Source: Patescibacteria group bacterium (lineage in GTDB: Bacteria; Patescibacteriota; Microgenomatia; UBA1400; PJMF01). Taken from it: a stretch of DNA of 64,000 bases. The stretch covers positions 118,236 to 182,235 of the forward strand of contig JAZQJV010000018.1 in NCBI GenBank assembly GCA_045541795.1, given 5' to 3'. The translations under genes and the position numbers were made by a program. This document shows positions 43,501 through 52,147 of the stretch, piece by piece (position 1 is the first letter of the stretch; each line of letters starts with the position of its first letter). The notes beneath the pieces were generated by a model that searched no databases, was not told the origin of the DNA, and saw nothing but the letters and a program-made list of their open reading frames with translations.

Positions 43501-44137
43501 CACTGATGTCAACTATTTTAATGATTTCTGCTTATGTCGGGAAAAAATGTTCCTTTGGGTCCCGTGGTTTGCCTACGCTAAACTTGATTACTTTGTCGTC
43601 GAGCCGATCAGTGATGAGGTGGAAAGTATTGAGGAGCACATTGTCTCGCCGTTTTTCCGCACTAGTCAATACCAGCAATTCCTCAAAAATGACAGCCGTC
43701 AAAATCGTAAAATCCAAGTCACTGGCGCCAAGAGTAACCTGAGTGACATCCCGATTTGGCTGCCTGCTGGCGGGCCGATCAGTAATGTCTTTTTGCAGCA
43801 GCAAGTTTTATACAATCAAGATCAAGACATTTATAAGAACTTTAAAAAATGCGTTTCCGCCGCCTCATATTTTGAGTCACAGTGCATGGGTGCGGATAGC
43901 GGCAAAGAGGATGAGGCTTTTGACGAGGCTAAAAGTCAGTGCATATTGCGTGCGGAAGCTGGCTGTACTCGTGGCTGTGGCGAGAACGGAGTGATTTCGC
44001 TTACCTATGGTAGCGAGGACGGTAAGACTATTATTGACTGTGAATGCGGCAATACTGGCGGTGAAGACAGTAGCGGGCCAAGAAATTATCATTATGAATG
44101 TGAAAATTCCACCGATACTGAATGGGATGACGTCTAA
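40565..44137 (+). CDS. 1190-aa N-terminally anchored surface protein: degenerate helical repeats, coiled coil, Pro/Ser linker, large Cys-rich C-terminal region; function unknown
   Basis: The ATG at 40565 lies 1 nt after the pilin-like TAA (MRIDKFLPAKRWQTVIIGVSLVFGCMM). The track ORF extends upstream in the same frame across the pilin 3' end. Confidence 0.75.
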   Translation: MRIDKFLPAKRWQTVIIGVSLVFGCMMSLQNLHLDLVSDVWSAQYQDVYSQVMSIFQSRGETIPTNVAADIIERSGGDQNQAIATLEKYLNVYKALQARNPDVSSLVISLIAKQYPDNYSQASTALSQTVSTAKQIQDYQNINTIAAQIVAALGINNSFTQTLSDAYDVVNNASNMGQQMNVNNIAAQILSALDLTGELSSGFGSQADLQNTLQSMTRSSLLQSQDAKDVLGALDIFTPGNFSSDAGSVSKIASDLLGGKLSDTVKSVVDKEIAESLGALNLGSLSGLSEGKGNFSGILEQVTSKTAGEAGKYKDVYETVTKGMSTQDIVKMGTDKIKDSILDNSTLDQEKAAQETKKELDQEAKKAVDEEKKLQDEGLIDPSSVPSSSPSPSSTPDPSASPSPSPSASPSPGASPSPGASPSPSPSASPSPSASPSPSASPKATEYIRSGAQGSFITAIIDKLRMSGTAENIKEGFAAKMIAKNLSLEGYEAYHIKTVSRLQPYMNFSHRRNNVDFSQAKVPLMRNSNYKPERLNSAENYYGYNARVGVNDTDILTESAWVAKMSQPVKCSLKAANLAYIVRTCDILHEDTCEGLYLTADGSETIKDTKIKVHDLALAVTAILITDGSQRDELINAVALALATGKGDLSGIMGQVTNIINSIGGENSDVLSRLLAMASDKVMEPIYDNRIPFCETLYNTPATAATDETGLLLEMAKGNIQAEDMGKIYLRWAMEKLDFYLAREYRTAYLVQTTRICPVRRQFICSKSSPVYKYAPAPTGTCLVQLPCIPGITPDQVRVYPFKIPDLFTNKNFCKTSDLEYPGLLNDVKCEPSEQFQYADMIQEYHDPALLQKNFLMNMEQIRAEREEFLAKRKTRAQHSAEACTANSATTLAKMQEADLTCTDKNVLSGDLIDCENCNGEARRVKAALVKVINGAIKHGELYKIENPNGNSPGTDDVSGGLSSSAITTSAVNPLEPAITDVNYFNDFCLCREKMFLWVPWFAYAKLDYFVVEPISDEVESIEEHIVSPFFRTSQYQQFLKNDSRQNRKIQVTGAKSNLSDIPIWLPAGGPISNVFLQQQVLYNQDQDIYKNFKKCVSAASYFESQCMGADSGKEDEAFDEAKSQCILRAEAGCTRGCGENGVISLTYGSEDGKTIIDCECGNTGGEDSSGPRNYHYECENSTDTEWDDV
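41708..41890 (+). repeat. low-complexity (A/G)SPSPS coding repeat (Pro/Ser linker)
   Basis: It encodes PSSVPSSSPSPSSTPDPSASPSPSPSASPSPGASPSPGASPSPSPSASPSPSASPSPSASP. Confidence 0.8.
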
Positions 44138-45725
44138 ATGGCGCCAACTTCAATCTTGGCGCTGCTGGCTGCCATACCTGGTTTTGGCACTAGCGATGGC
44201 GATCGCCATCGCCCTCAAAAAGGATTATTACATTGATGAAATTTACAGCTATGGTCTCGCCAATAGTCTGACGCCGCAAATAGATATTAGCAATCCTGGT
44301 ATTTTCCGGCCGGCTTGGTCAGTGTTTCGCCCGTACGTGACCGCTTCCTGGTGGCACGTGCTTGATTTACCTTCTGTGTGGCAAAATCAGGCCGCTGATG
44401 TCCATCCTCCATTTTACTATTTGTTGCTGCATGTGGTTTCCTCACTTGCGCCAGGTATTTTCTCGCGTGGCTTTGCGGGCTTGATTAATATCATTTCTGC
44501 TCTAGTGTGCCTTTATTTTGTGGGGAGTATCTTGCGTCGTCTGGAAGTCAGCCCAGCTGCTCGGCATTGGATCAGCCTGTGTCTCTCGCTCCATCCAGCC
44601 ATCATTGGCGCTGGTAGCTTTTTGCGGATGTACTTGTTGCTGTCAGCACTCCTTTTGGCCATTACTGATCAAACGCTTGCCCTCATCCAAAATCCTGTGT
44701 CAATCAAATCCTGGTATCGCACTCCGCTTACGTGGCTTGTCACCGCCGCTTGCCTTACCCATTACTATGCATACGTCTATCTGATTGGACTTGTCGGTGC
44801 CGCTCTCATTTTGTTTTGGCGGCGTGGTCAAAAACAAGCCTGTCGCCATTTGTTGGCTTGTGCCGTTGCTGGCGTCGCCAGCGCCTTAATACTATTCCCG
44901 TATGCGCTGCGCCATGTATTTTTTGCTGACCGCGGGACTCAGTCATGGAGCAACTTTTTGCAGCTGTCTGCCTTTCGCGCGCGTTTAGATCTTTATACGA
45001 ATTTGCTCAATAGACAGCTTTTTGGCGGTTTTGGCTGGTTGCTTATTGGTATGATCGGTATTGCTTTGGCGGTTTATCTTTGGCAAGGAAGACGCCGGCT
45101 CCAAGCGAGTGTAAATAAACTTGGTCTTTGGCTGGTGGTGACGGCGCCAGCGTGTGCTTACCTGATTCTTGTTGGTATTTCTTCAGTCTTTACTGTGGAC
45201 CGGTACATGCAGCCGCTGTATTTCCCCGTTATCACCATTGTGTACGGCAGTTTGGCACTACTAATTTGGCGCCATGCGCCTTCTCGTTGGCGATCAGGAC
45301 TATTAATAGCAGTACTCAGCGTGTGTACTGTTTTTTCTTGGCGCGTACAAGAATGGCCCTATCTTTATTGGGAGAGAGAGCAAGAAATTGCCAGAGCACG
45401 CGCTCACGAGGGCTTAGATTGCCTCTTCCTGTATCAAGATCGTTGGACCGCTCTTTACTATTTTGAGGAATTGCGTCATTACCGTTCTGTCACCTTTATC
45501 CCTGTAGAGGCCAATGACCGCATCCGTTATTATATGGAAGTCATCAAGCACGCCCATATAGATGAATTAGTAGTCGCTTTTGGTTTGGGTGATGACGATC
45601 CTCGTGAACCAGAAGCAGTTCTTAATAAATTCCTTGATATATCGGGATTTTTAGAGTACAAGCAAACAATTTGGCAGCATAGCCCCAAATCAGCAAGTTA
45701 TCTAGTGGGCAGTAAAGTCGACTGA
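44127..45725 (+). CDS. GT-C fold membrane glycosyltransferase (ArnT/PMT, GT39/83-like)
   Basis: A DE-containing first loop (KKDYYIDEIYSYGLANS) and more than 10 TM segments. The ATG at 44127 overlaps the end of the preceding gene. Confidence 0.6.
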   Translation: MTSKWRQLQSWRCWLPYLVLALAMAIAIALKKDYYIDEIYSYGLANSLTPQIDISNPGIFRPAWSVFRPYVTASWWHVLDLPSVWQNQAADVHPPFYYLLLHVVSSLAPGIFSRGFAGLINIISALVCLYFVGSILRRLEVSPAARHWISLCLSLHPAIIGAGSFLRMYLLLSALLLAITDQTLALIQNPVSIKSWYRTPLTWLVTAACLTHYYAYVYLIGLVGAALILFWRRGQKQACRHLLACAVAGVASALILFPYALRHVFFADRGTQSWSNFLQLSAFRARLDLYTNLLNRQLFGGFGWLLIGMIGIALAVYLWQGRRRLQASVNKLGLWLVVTAPACAYLILVGISSVFTVDRYMQPLYFPVITIVYGSLALLIWRHAPSRWRSGLLIAVLSVCTVFSWRVQEWPYLYWEREQEIARARAHEGLDCLFLYQDRWTALYYFEELRHYRSVTFIPVEANDRIRYYMEVIKHAHIDELVVAFGLGDDDPREPEAVLNKFLDISGFLEYKQTIWQHSPKSASYLVGSKVD

Positions 45726-47348
45726 TTATTTTAGCCGCCACACTTGTAGTGTTGGCGCATCTGCCTGTGGTCGCTCATACTCCTGTACCAATGCGACGGG
45801 CTTGATGTCCTCATCCAAATCCAGCCGGTGCGAATTAGCGACCAGTAAGACCTCGTCATATTCATCCCAGTTTGGCTGGGGAGAAAGTTTATCAAAATTG
45901 TGTATCGGCGGCGCACCCAAACCTAGGACTTTGATGTTGTCACGCACACTACTTTTCCATAAATATATCTGCAAACCGTCGGGTAATGTCCCCACAAAAC
46001 CTTCAGTAAGAACCAACAGCTTCTTACTCGCCGCCAACTCTTGTAAATATTCGGCCGTTTGCTTGATCCCATGTCCGGAAGACCAGTCCCAAAATAATTG
46101 CTGTCTGTCGGCTGGCAGTAGCGGCAGTTTAAATGGATTGGTATGAATCCGCCAGCTCCAATAATGGCCAGTAACTAATACAATTAAAATTAACGCGAGT
46201 TTAAAATTTATCAATTCAATCCGACGAATCAGGGATAAGCACACCACAAAGCTGACGATAATAAACGGTACCACCGGTAGAAAATAACGCGGGTAGACGA
46301 CTTTACCCAGCATGATGATAGGCAAAGCATAGGCGAATCCTGAGATTAAAATCAAAAGCGGTAACGCTGTCCGTGAACGCCGGCGACAAACATAAATCAA
46401 AGCCATACACAAAGTAGTGACAGTCATCGTGAGTCCAGTATAATTTGTAATTACGCGGGCAAAGTTGAGCACATTGTAAGTTAAAATCGCAAACGGTTGA
46501 CGCAAAAAGTCACCCACGCTATATAAAAAGTCACCACCGCGACTAAATAGCATCGGGAATGCGGGGCTGATTTTTAAGACAGCAAAAATTATCACTCCGA
46601 TCGCACTAATGACAAAAAGTGGCATTAACTGCGAGGCAAGCGAGCGCCAAAAACTTTCTCGGTTTTGTTTGTTTTTTATCTTTGACCACTGCGCGTGGTA
46701 AAACGGCACAGTGGCTAAAACTGGCGCCAACAAAAGACAGGAAAACTTTGTCCACATCGCCAGTCCCCACGAGGTGCCAGCAGCCAGCGTCCACCAGTAC
46801 CAACTGTTTTTGTCCTTGTCTCGGCTCAAATATGCGCCAGTCGCTTGATAAGTAAGGATGAACGTGAGACTGATGAAAAAAGACACGGCGCTGTCCATCA
46901 GTGCCAAACGATTAGTCAGCATTAATCCAGGCGAGAAAATTACCAGCAACCCTGCTAAAAGTTGATAACGCCTTTTATGGACGAAAACTTTGACCATATA
47001 AATCGTCACGAGCAATTGACCCAGACCAAAAAGAATCGCCGCCACCCGTCCTGCCACCAGCGGATCGGCAAAAATTTTGATCAAAGGTATCGCCGTCCAA
47101 ATGACCAGCGGCGTTTTACCATCATTGAGAGCAAAAAAACTATACTGCTGCCAATCAGAAATAGCCAGCTGCGACCAATAAATATAAATTGCTTCATCCA
47201 CAAAAACAGGGATGGATTGCAGTTTGGCCAGCCGCTGCCAACAAAAGATTACAATGATTATTCCTAAAAGATAATAGTACCAATACCGAGCTAAATGAAT
47301 GCTAGCCTTGAGCGTTTTTTTCAATTTTGTATACCAATCCCACCACAT
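45726..47348 (-). CDS. GT-C fold membrane glycosyltransferase (ArnT/PMT, GT39/83-like)
   Basis: First loop PVFVDEAIYIYWSQ; polytopic. On the minus strand TATAAT lies 7 nt before the ATG. Its stop codon abuts the stop of the convergent gene. Confidence 0.6.
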   Translation of the reverse strand: MWWDWYTKLKKTLKASIHLARYWYYYLLGIIIVIFCWQRLAKLQSIPVFVDEAIYIYWSQLAISDWQQYSFFALNDGKTPLVIWTAIPLIKIFADPLVAGRVAAILFGLGQLLVTIYMVKVFVHKRRYQLLAGLLVIFSPGLMLTNRLALMDSAVSFFISLTFILTYQATGAYLSRDKDKNSWYWWTLAAGTSWGLAMWTKFSCLLLAPVLATVPFYHAQWSKIKNKQNRESFWRSLASQLMPLFVISAIGVIIFAVLKISPAFPMLFSRGGDFLYSVGDFLRQPFAILTYNVLNFARVITNYTGLTMTVTTLCMALIYVCRRRSRTALPLLILISGFAYALPIIMLGKVVYPRYFLPVVPFIIVSFVVCLSLIRRIELINFKLALILIVLVTGHYWSWRIHTNPFKLPLLPADRQQLFWDWSSGHGIKQTAEYLQELAASKKLLVLTEGFVGTLPDGLQIYLWKSSVRDNIKVLGLGAPPIHNFDKLSPQPNWDEYDEVLLVANSHRLDLDEDIKPVALVQEYERPQADAPTLQVWRLK

Positions 47349-47419
47349 ATCACTTATTATACCCTAGATTTTGCAAAATTTCCCTGCGATTACACTTATA
47401 AGTGTGGTAAAATACAACC

Positions 47420-48238
47420 ATGTCAAAAAACGCCAAAAAATTACTTGTTATTGCAGTTTCGTTGTTTGTTTTGGCAGCTGTCTTTTACTGGACGAAAACC
47501 CAGCAGCCTGCTCCAGATCGCCTTTCACGACAAACTGCTATCACTCCGCAAACCCGCTATTTATCTACACTTGAAAGTCTCGATACATTTGTGGTCCGCC
47601 ACACAGCAATTTTTACCTCTCCCGACGAAACTTCTGACGGCACACCGTTTACCATTACCGAAACTGTCCGCCATGAATACTCACTCTCACCCAATCTGCG
47701 CGTCGAGACGAGCTTGCCCGCTTCTGTCAGTGCTAGTTTGAGCAGTAATCCTCAAGTGCAATCGCGCGTCGCCCAAATCTCCCAAGCTTACACTGACCAA
47801 GAGAATTTTCCACTTTATATCGTCACTGATCATCAAGCACAAACCATCACTTACTACGAAAACTTTGGCGGTGACTGGACGTATTCCACTAAACCCCTTT
47901 ATCAAGTGGACCGTCAGCATTTTTACGGCGGACTGTGGGAGACCAACCAGACGCCAAAGTTAATCAGTGATGGCGTCTTACAGGCTCGCGATAGTGCCGA
48001 CACTGGTACTTACAACTTTTATTTCAATGATCAAGATCAGCTCACAATGGTGGAATTCATTGAAGACGGCGACATGATGAGTGAAGAGTATCAGATTTTA
48101 GACGAACTTCCTATAGTCACGATCCCAGCCACAGTAATGGAAAGCGCTGTAGAATTCCAGCCGGAAATAATTTTTGAGGACACTAGTGAGTATTTGCCTA
48201 CAGTCGGTGAGAGTGTCTATGTTCCTGACATGGAGTAG
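47420..48238 (+). CDS. hypothetical membrane-anchored protein
   Basis: 272-aa ORF with an N-terminal TM. TAAAAT lies 6 nt before the ATG. Confidence 0.55.
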   Translation: MSKNAKKLLVIAVSLFVLAAVFYWTKTQQPAPDRLSRQTAITPQTRYLSTLESLDTFVVRHTAIFTSPDETSDGTPFTITETVRHEYSLSPNLRVETSLPASVSASLSSNPQVQSRVAQISQAYTDQENFPLYIVTDHQAQTITYYENFGGDWTYSTKPLYQVDRQHFYGGLWETNQTPKLISDGVLQARDSADTGTYNFYFNDQDQLTMVEFIEDGDMMSEEYQILDELPIVTIPATVMESAVEFQPEIIFEDTSEYLPTVGESVYVPDME

Positions 48239-48253
48239 GGCAGACGCTATCGT

Positions 48254-50089
48254 TTATATCCACCGTTGCAGGTGTCCCACTATTGCGCTGGCGAGCTCGC
48301 TATCGAGTAATCCTCTCCGGGCAAAATCCAGACAGTATTCTCGCACTAAGTGATACTGCGATAGCTTGTAATAGCGATCCAGAAGTAAGCGTGCAAACTG
48401 CCAGCTCCAGCGTCTATCACGCATGAGTAATGTCCACTCATCTTCTTCATTCCAAGTCAAAAGTTGACTCTCACCGCTCGCTTCCCGATTATAACTAAAT
48501 GTCATGTTGACTCCTTCATTAATCCGCAGCGTCTCTTCATGATAAGTGGCTACCTCACCATGAGTATTGTAAGCAAAAAGACTAAAAGTCGCTCCCGGAT
48601 CGCCGCTCGAGAGTGCGAGTCGATATTTTTCATCCCTGGGCTTAGGTAGTAGATACTGATACCCCACCTGCTTGCCGGTGTCTTGATCATAAAAAGGTGC
48701 TTTGATACCACCAACTTCCACGCCGTTTGTATTATAGACACCGATTTCACTCTCGCCGATTACATTTACGATTAAGTAACTTTGGTCAGTAAATGATGGC
48801 ACAAAACGCCTTCGGGAAATAATTTTGCCAGCATATGTCTTTAAGCTTCGCTTGCCATAATAAGGATCATTGATTTGCGCCTCCAAATTATTTATCGCGA
48901 CACCGCTGCCTACTACAAAGTGCCCCGTTACTTCCTGGATGAATGGCTCATATTTGAGCAGTCCTATAGGCGCGCTTGCATAGAGAAAGTCACTTTTTTC
49001 AAAACGGTATTCAAATTTGGGGAAAGACATGTCCCAAGCTTGATAATAGTCATGTAGCCAATTTGACAGTCTCATGATTGCTGCCATATTGAGATAAGTT
49101 TTATTGACGTAACCATCTTTTTGCCCCTTAAGCCATTCATTTAAGTGTGGCACATCTAGTTGCTGACTATTAGGAAATTGCAAGTAACCGTACGAGTTGA
49201 GCAGCATTACGACACTGGTAAGTAAGCACCCATGACTGCCGATGGTGAGCGTATCTGAGTGACCCAACTTAATGTCGCGCCAGCGTTCATCTGTTTGGAA
49301 TAATTGAGGCACGTTTAAATTGAGCTGGTAATTATCTGGAGTGTAGGCTACCCAGTGTAAATTAAAGCTTGATGTATCGGGATGCGTCAGCATACTGCTG
49401 TCAATCAAAAAACTTGGGTGCGCAAGTGTTGGCTCTAAGTGCACCGTCTTTGACTCAATCACCTGACCGTGAGCGTAATACTCGCGGTGCGCCTCATCCG
49501 TAGGGTACATTTTAATCAGTCTGTTATCTGCAAACTCCTGGATCGTGACGATGAAATGTTCTCCTTCAGGCACGGCATACACAGTTAAGCGTTCATGACT
49601 GCTGACGGTTTCGAGTCCTTCGGCATCACGATTACCAGTCAGACAATAAAAAGCGGTATCCCGCCTGTCTTCGCCCAAATCTAGCCGACAACGCAAAAAA
49701 TCTACACTCCCGTCCTCATGAGTGCGCCAGTCGACCTCCCAGCGGTCGCCAAGCTGATAATCCGTCACAGAAAACTCAAACGTGAGCGCATACTCCACTG
49801 GCAAACCGATCGACTGACCATCGTAACCATGTATCTGCGATCGCGCCAAATCATTTTCACCAGGCCTTAGATGCAGTGTCCCGGTAGCCAAGGGATTGCG
49901 AGTTTTATCGGGCGGCTCTACCCAGACATCTCCAGTCTTACTCCAGTTAGTGTCACTTGCAAAAAAATCCAGCAAAAAAGCTCGTGGTGATTCCTGCGCT
50001 CCTGCGGACTGACTCGTGATCAGCAGCCAGACAAGTGCCGCCCACATTACTACTATATTTTGTATCATTTGTTTTAATTTGTTTTGCAT
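48254..50089 (-). CDS. secreted protein with a probable peptidase C39-like (papain-fold) domain
   Basis: QTDERWRDIKLGHSDTLTIGSHGCLLTSVVMLLNSYGY resembles the Cys region of C39-like domains. The signal peptide begins at MQNKLKQMIQNIVVMWAALVWLL. The start could instead be 50128. Confidence 0.5.
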   Translation of the reverse strand: MQNKLKQMIQNIVVMWAALVWLLITSQSAGAQESPRAFLLDFFASDTNWSKTGDVWVEPPDKTRNPLATGTLHLRPGENDLARSQIHGYDGQSIGLPVEYALTFEFSVTDYQLGDRWEVDWRTHEDGSVDFLRCRLDLGEDRRDTAFYCLTGNRDAEGLETVSSHERLTVYAVPEGEHFIVTIQEFADNRLIKMYPTDEAHREYYAHGQVIESKTVHLEPTLAHPSFLIDSSMLTHPDTSSFNLHWVAYTPDNYQLNLNVPQLFQTDERWRDIKLGHSDTLTIGSHGCLLTSVVMLLNSYGYLQFPNSQQLDVPHLNEWLKGQKDGYVNKTYLNMAAIMRLSNWLHDYYQAWDMSFPKFEYRFEKSDFLYASAPIGLLKYEPFIQEVTGHFVVGSGVAINNLEAQINDPYYGKRSLKTYAGKIISRRRFVPSFTDQSYLIVNVIGESEIGVYNTNGVEVGGIKAPFYDQDTGKQVGYQYLLPKPRDEKYRLALSSGDPGATFSLFAYNTHGEVATYHEETLRINEGVNMTFSYNREASGESQLLTWNEEDEWTLLMRDRRWSWQFARLLLDRYYKLSQYHLVREYCLDFARRGLLDSELASAIVGHLQRWI

Positions 50090-50280
50090 ATTGGCAAATA
50101 TACACACAATTCTTTCAAATTCTTTCATCTTTTTACCGCAAAATATGCGGTAATAACCAATTTACCTGCGTTCACCAGCAATATTCATCAGTCAAAATCT
50201 ATCATAATTTGCTACCACCACCTGCAAAAAATACCAATATAACAGCACATTTTTCTCTTATAATGACTAAAAGTGACGGC

Positions 50281-50314
50281 GGGAAAAATTTCGACCTTAG
50301 TCGAAATTTTTCCC
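50281..50314. promoter_or_regulatory. perfect 15-bp inverted repeat (operator or stable hairpin) in a divergent intergenic region
   Basis: gggaaaaatttcgac-ctta-gtcgaaatttttccc, verified base by base. A TATAAT lies at 50259-50264 upstream. Confidence 0.5.
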
Positions 50315-50370
50315 CAAACCCCTCACTAAATTGCCCCGCCAACTTCAAGAATTTGTGCTATAATAACCTC

Positions 50371-50781
50371 ATGATTACAAAATTCATTCGCAATTATATA
50401 ATTATTGTCCTGGCTTTATTTGTCACTGACTGGCTGATGAATAACATCTCTTTCGGCTATCCCACCGGCAAAAATTTTTCATTTGCTGTTTTTTGGGACG
50501 GCTTGCCCGTGCTTTTGGTCACCGCACTCGTGCTCACATTACTTTCATTGATCGCCAAGCCTATTCTCAAAATTCTTTCTGCGCCCATTAATTTTGTCAC
50601 TCTCGGCCTATTTAATGTCGTTATTGATGTCCTGATTTTTTGGCTGACGGCATATTTGGTGTCTGGCTTTAGCATTGGTGAGCTCTCACTCGGGCAGATT
50701 CACCTCGGCGCCTTCTTTTCGTATGCCGCAGTTTCTCTCGTTTTTGGCTTTTTACAGGGGCTTTTGGCTTTGATTTTGTGA
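50371..50781 (+). CDS. YvlD/Phage_holin_4_2 family membrane protein
   Basis: LIAKPILKILSAPINFVTLGLFNVVIDVLIFWLTAYLVSGFSI fits the family pattern. TGcTATAAT lies 6 nt before the ATG at 50371. The track ORF start at 50035 runs through intergenic signals. Confidence 0.65.
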   Translation: MITKFIRNYIIIVLALFVTDWLMNNISFGYPTGKNFSFAVFWDGLPVLLVTALVLTLLSLIAKPILKILSAPINFVTLGLFNVVIDVLIFWLTAYLVSGFSIGELSLGQIHLGAFFSYAAVSLVFGFLQGLLALIL

Positions 50782-50846
50782 CATTGCCCATTTTGTACCT
50801 TTAAGATAGGGTTGATTTTTGTGGCGGCTTAGATTACAATGAAACT

Positions 50847-52145
50847 ATGGCAATACTTACAGCACAAAATAATAGCGTTACAATTAGTAGCTTGATTGCA
50901 AGGGAAATTCTTGACTCGCGTGGCATTCCCACCATCGAATGCTCCCTTACCCTCTCGAACGGAGTGATGGTCGTCACCAGCGTCTCTACTGCCAATCTGA
51001 CCGGCAATGTGGGCTATCATGAACTTCGTGATCATGATCCCAATCGCATGCTCGGCATGGGCGTCACCAAAGCTGTAGACATCATCAATACTCAAATTGC
51101 CGGACGGCTAATCGGCAAAAATCCTATTGACCAAGAAAGCATTGATGCTCTGCTCATTAGTCTTGATTCCTCCAAAAGTCTCGAAAACATCGGCGCTAAT
51201 ACAACTATGGTCGTTTCTCAAGCAGTGCTCAAAGCTGCGGCTTTATCCTACGGCTGGCCGCCATACTATTATATTTTCAAACGTTACGCTCTTTCGAGCG
51301 TGCTGGCTGTGCCTACCTGTATTTACGGCCTGATTGATGGCGGAAAACACGGCACTGATAATCTTGATTTCCAAGAATTTCAAGTCATCCCCGCCAATCA
51401 TCTCAATTTCCAGCGTTCACTGGAAATTGCTGTTTCTCTTTTTAAAGCACTAGGCGATCTGCTCAAATCCAAAGGTGCCATCCGCTCAGTCGGGCCAAAT
51501 GGCGGTTATACGCCAAATTTGTACAAAAACACTGATGCCTTCGATTTGATGTCTGAAGCCGCCCGTCAAATCAGTCTCATTATCGGCCGTGATATTTTCT
51601 TTGGTGCGGATTTCAACGCCGATAGCTTTTATTCTGCTGGCCGCTACAAGATCAAAGACAAAACCGAAGCCTTTAGCGCGAAACAATGGATGGATTATCT
51701 CAAAGATCTCAATAAACTTTACGCTCTGTACTCATTCGAGGATCCATTTGCCAGTGCAGATTTGGGCTCTTGGCGTGAATTTACCAATGAATTTGACAAA
51801 GCCGCACGCATTGTCTCGGATTCCATGACTCGCACTGATGCCAAGCTGACTGCGGGCGCCATCAAAGAGCGTATCGGCAACACTCTTATCGTCAAGACGG
51901 GTCAAGTGCCCACGATCACTGATCTGATCGAGGCCGTCAAAACCGCTCGTCAGGCCAACTGGCAGATCGTCGTCTCTAATCGCGAAGGTGAAACTATGGA
52001 TGACTTTATCGCTGATTTGGGCGTAGGTTTGGGTGCAGAATTTGTCAAATTTGGCCCGCCTAATCGTGGTGAGCGCATTATCAAGTACAACCGCTTGCTC
52101 CAGATCAATAACGAATTGCAGATGATCAATCAGGCAAGTAAATAG
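50847..52145 (+). CDS. eno: enolase
   Basis: IAREILDSRGIPTIE at the N-terminus, with length and C-terminal pattern consistent with enolase. Confidence 0.9.
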   Translation: MAILTAQNNSVTISSLIAREILDSRGIPTIECSLTLSNGVMVVTSVSTANLTGNVGYHELRDHDPNRMLGMGVTKAVDIINTQIAGRLIGKNPIDQESIDALLISLDSSKSLENIGANTTMVVSQAVLKAAALSYGWPPYYYIFKRYALSSVLAVPTCIYGLIDGGKHGTDNLDFQEFQVIPANHLNFQRSLEIAVSLFKALGDLLKSKGAIRSVGPNGGYTPNLYKNTDAFDLMSEAARQISLIIGRDIFFGADFNADSFYSAGRYKIKDKTEAFSAKQWMDYLKDLNKLYALYSFEDPFASADLGSWREFTNEFDKAARIVSDSMTRTDAKLTAGAIKERIGNTLIVKTGQVPTITDLIEAVKTARQANWQIVVSNREGETMDDFIADLGVGLGAEFVKFGPPNRGERIIKYNRLLQINNELQMINQASK

Positions 52146-52147
52146 TT

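Noticed and set aside
50035-50370. N-terminal 112 codons of the 248-aa ORF-track model
   Set aside because: This stretch runs through a -10 box, a 15-bp palindrome and the TGcTATAAT promoter. The recognisable YvlD-like protein starts at the ATG at 50371.
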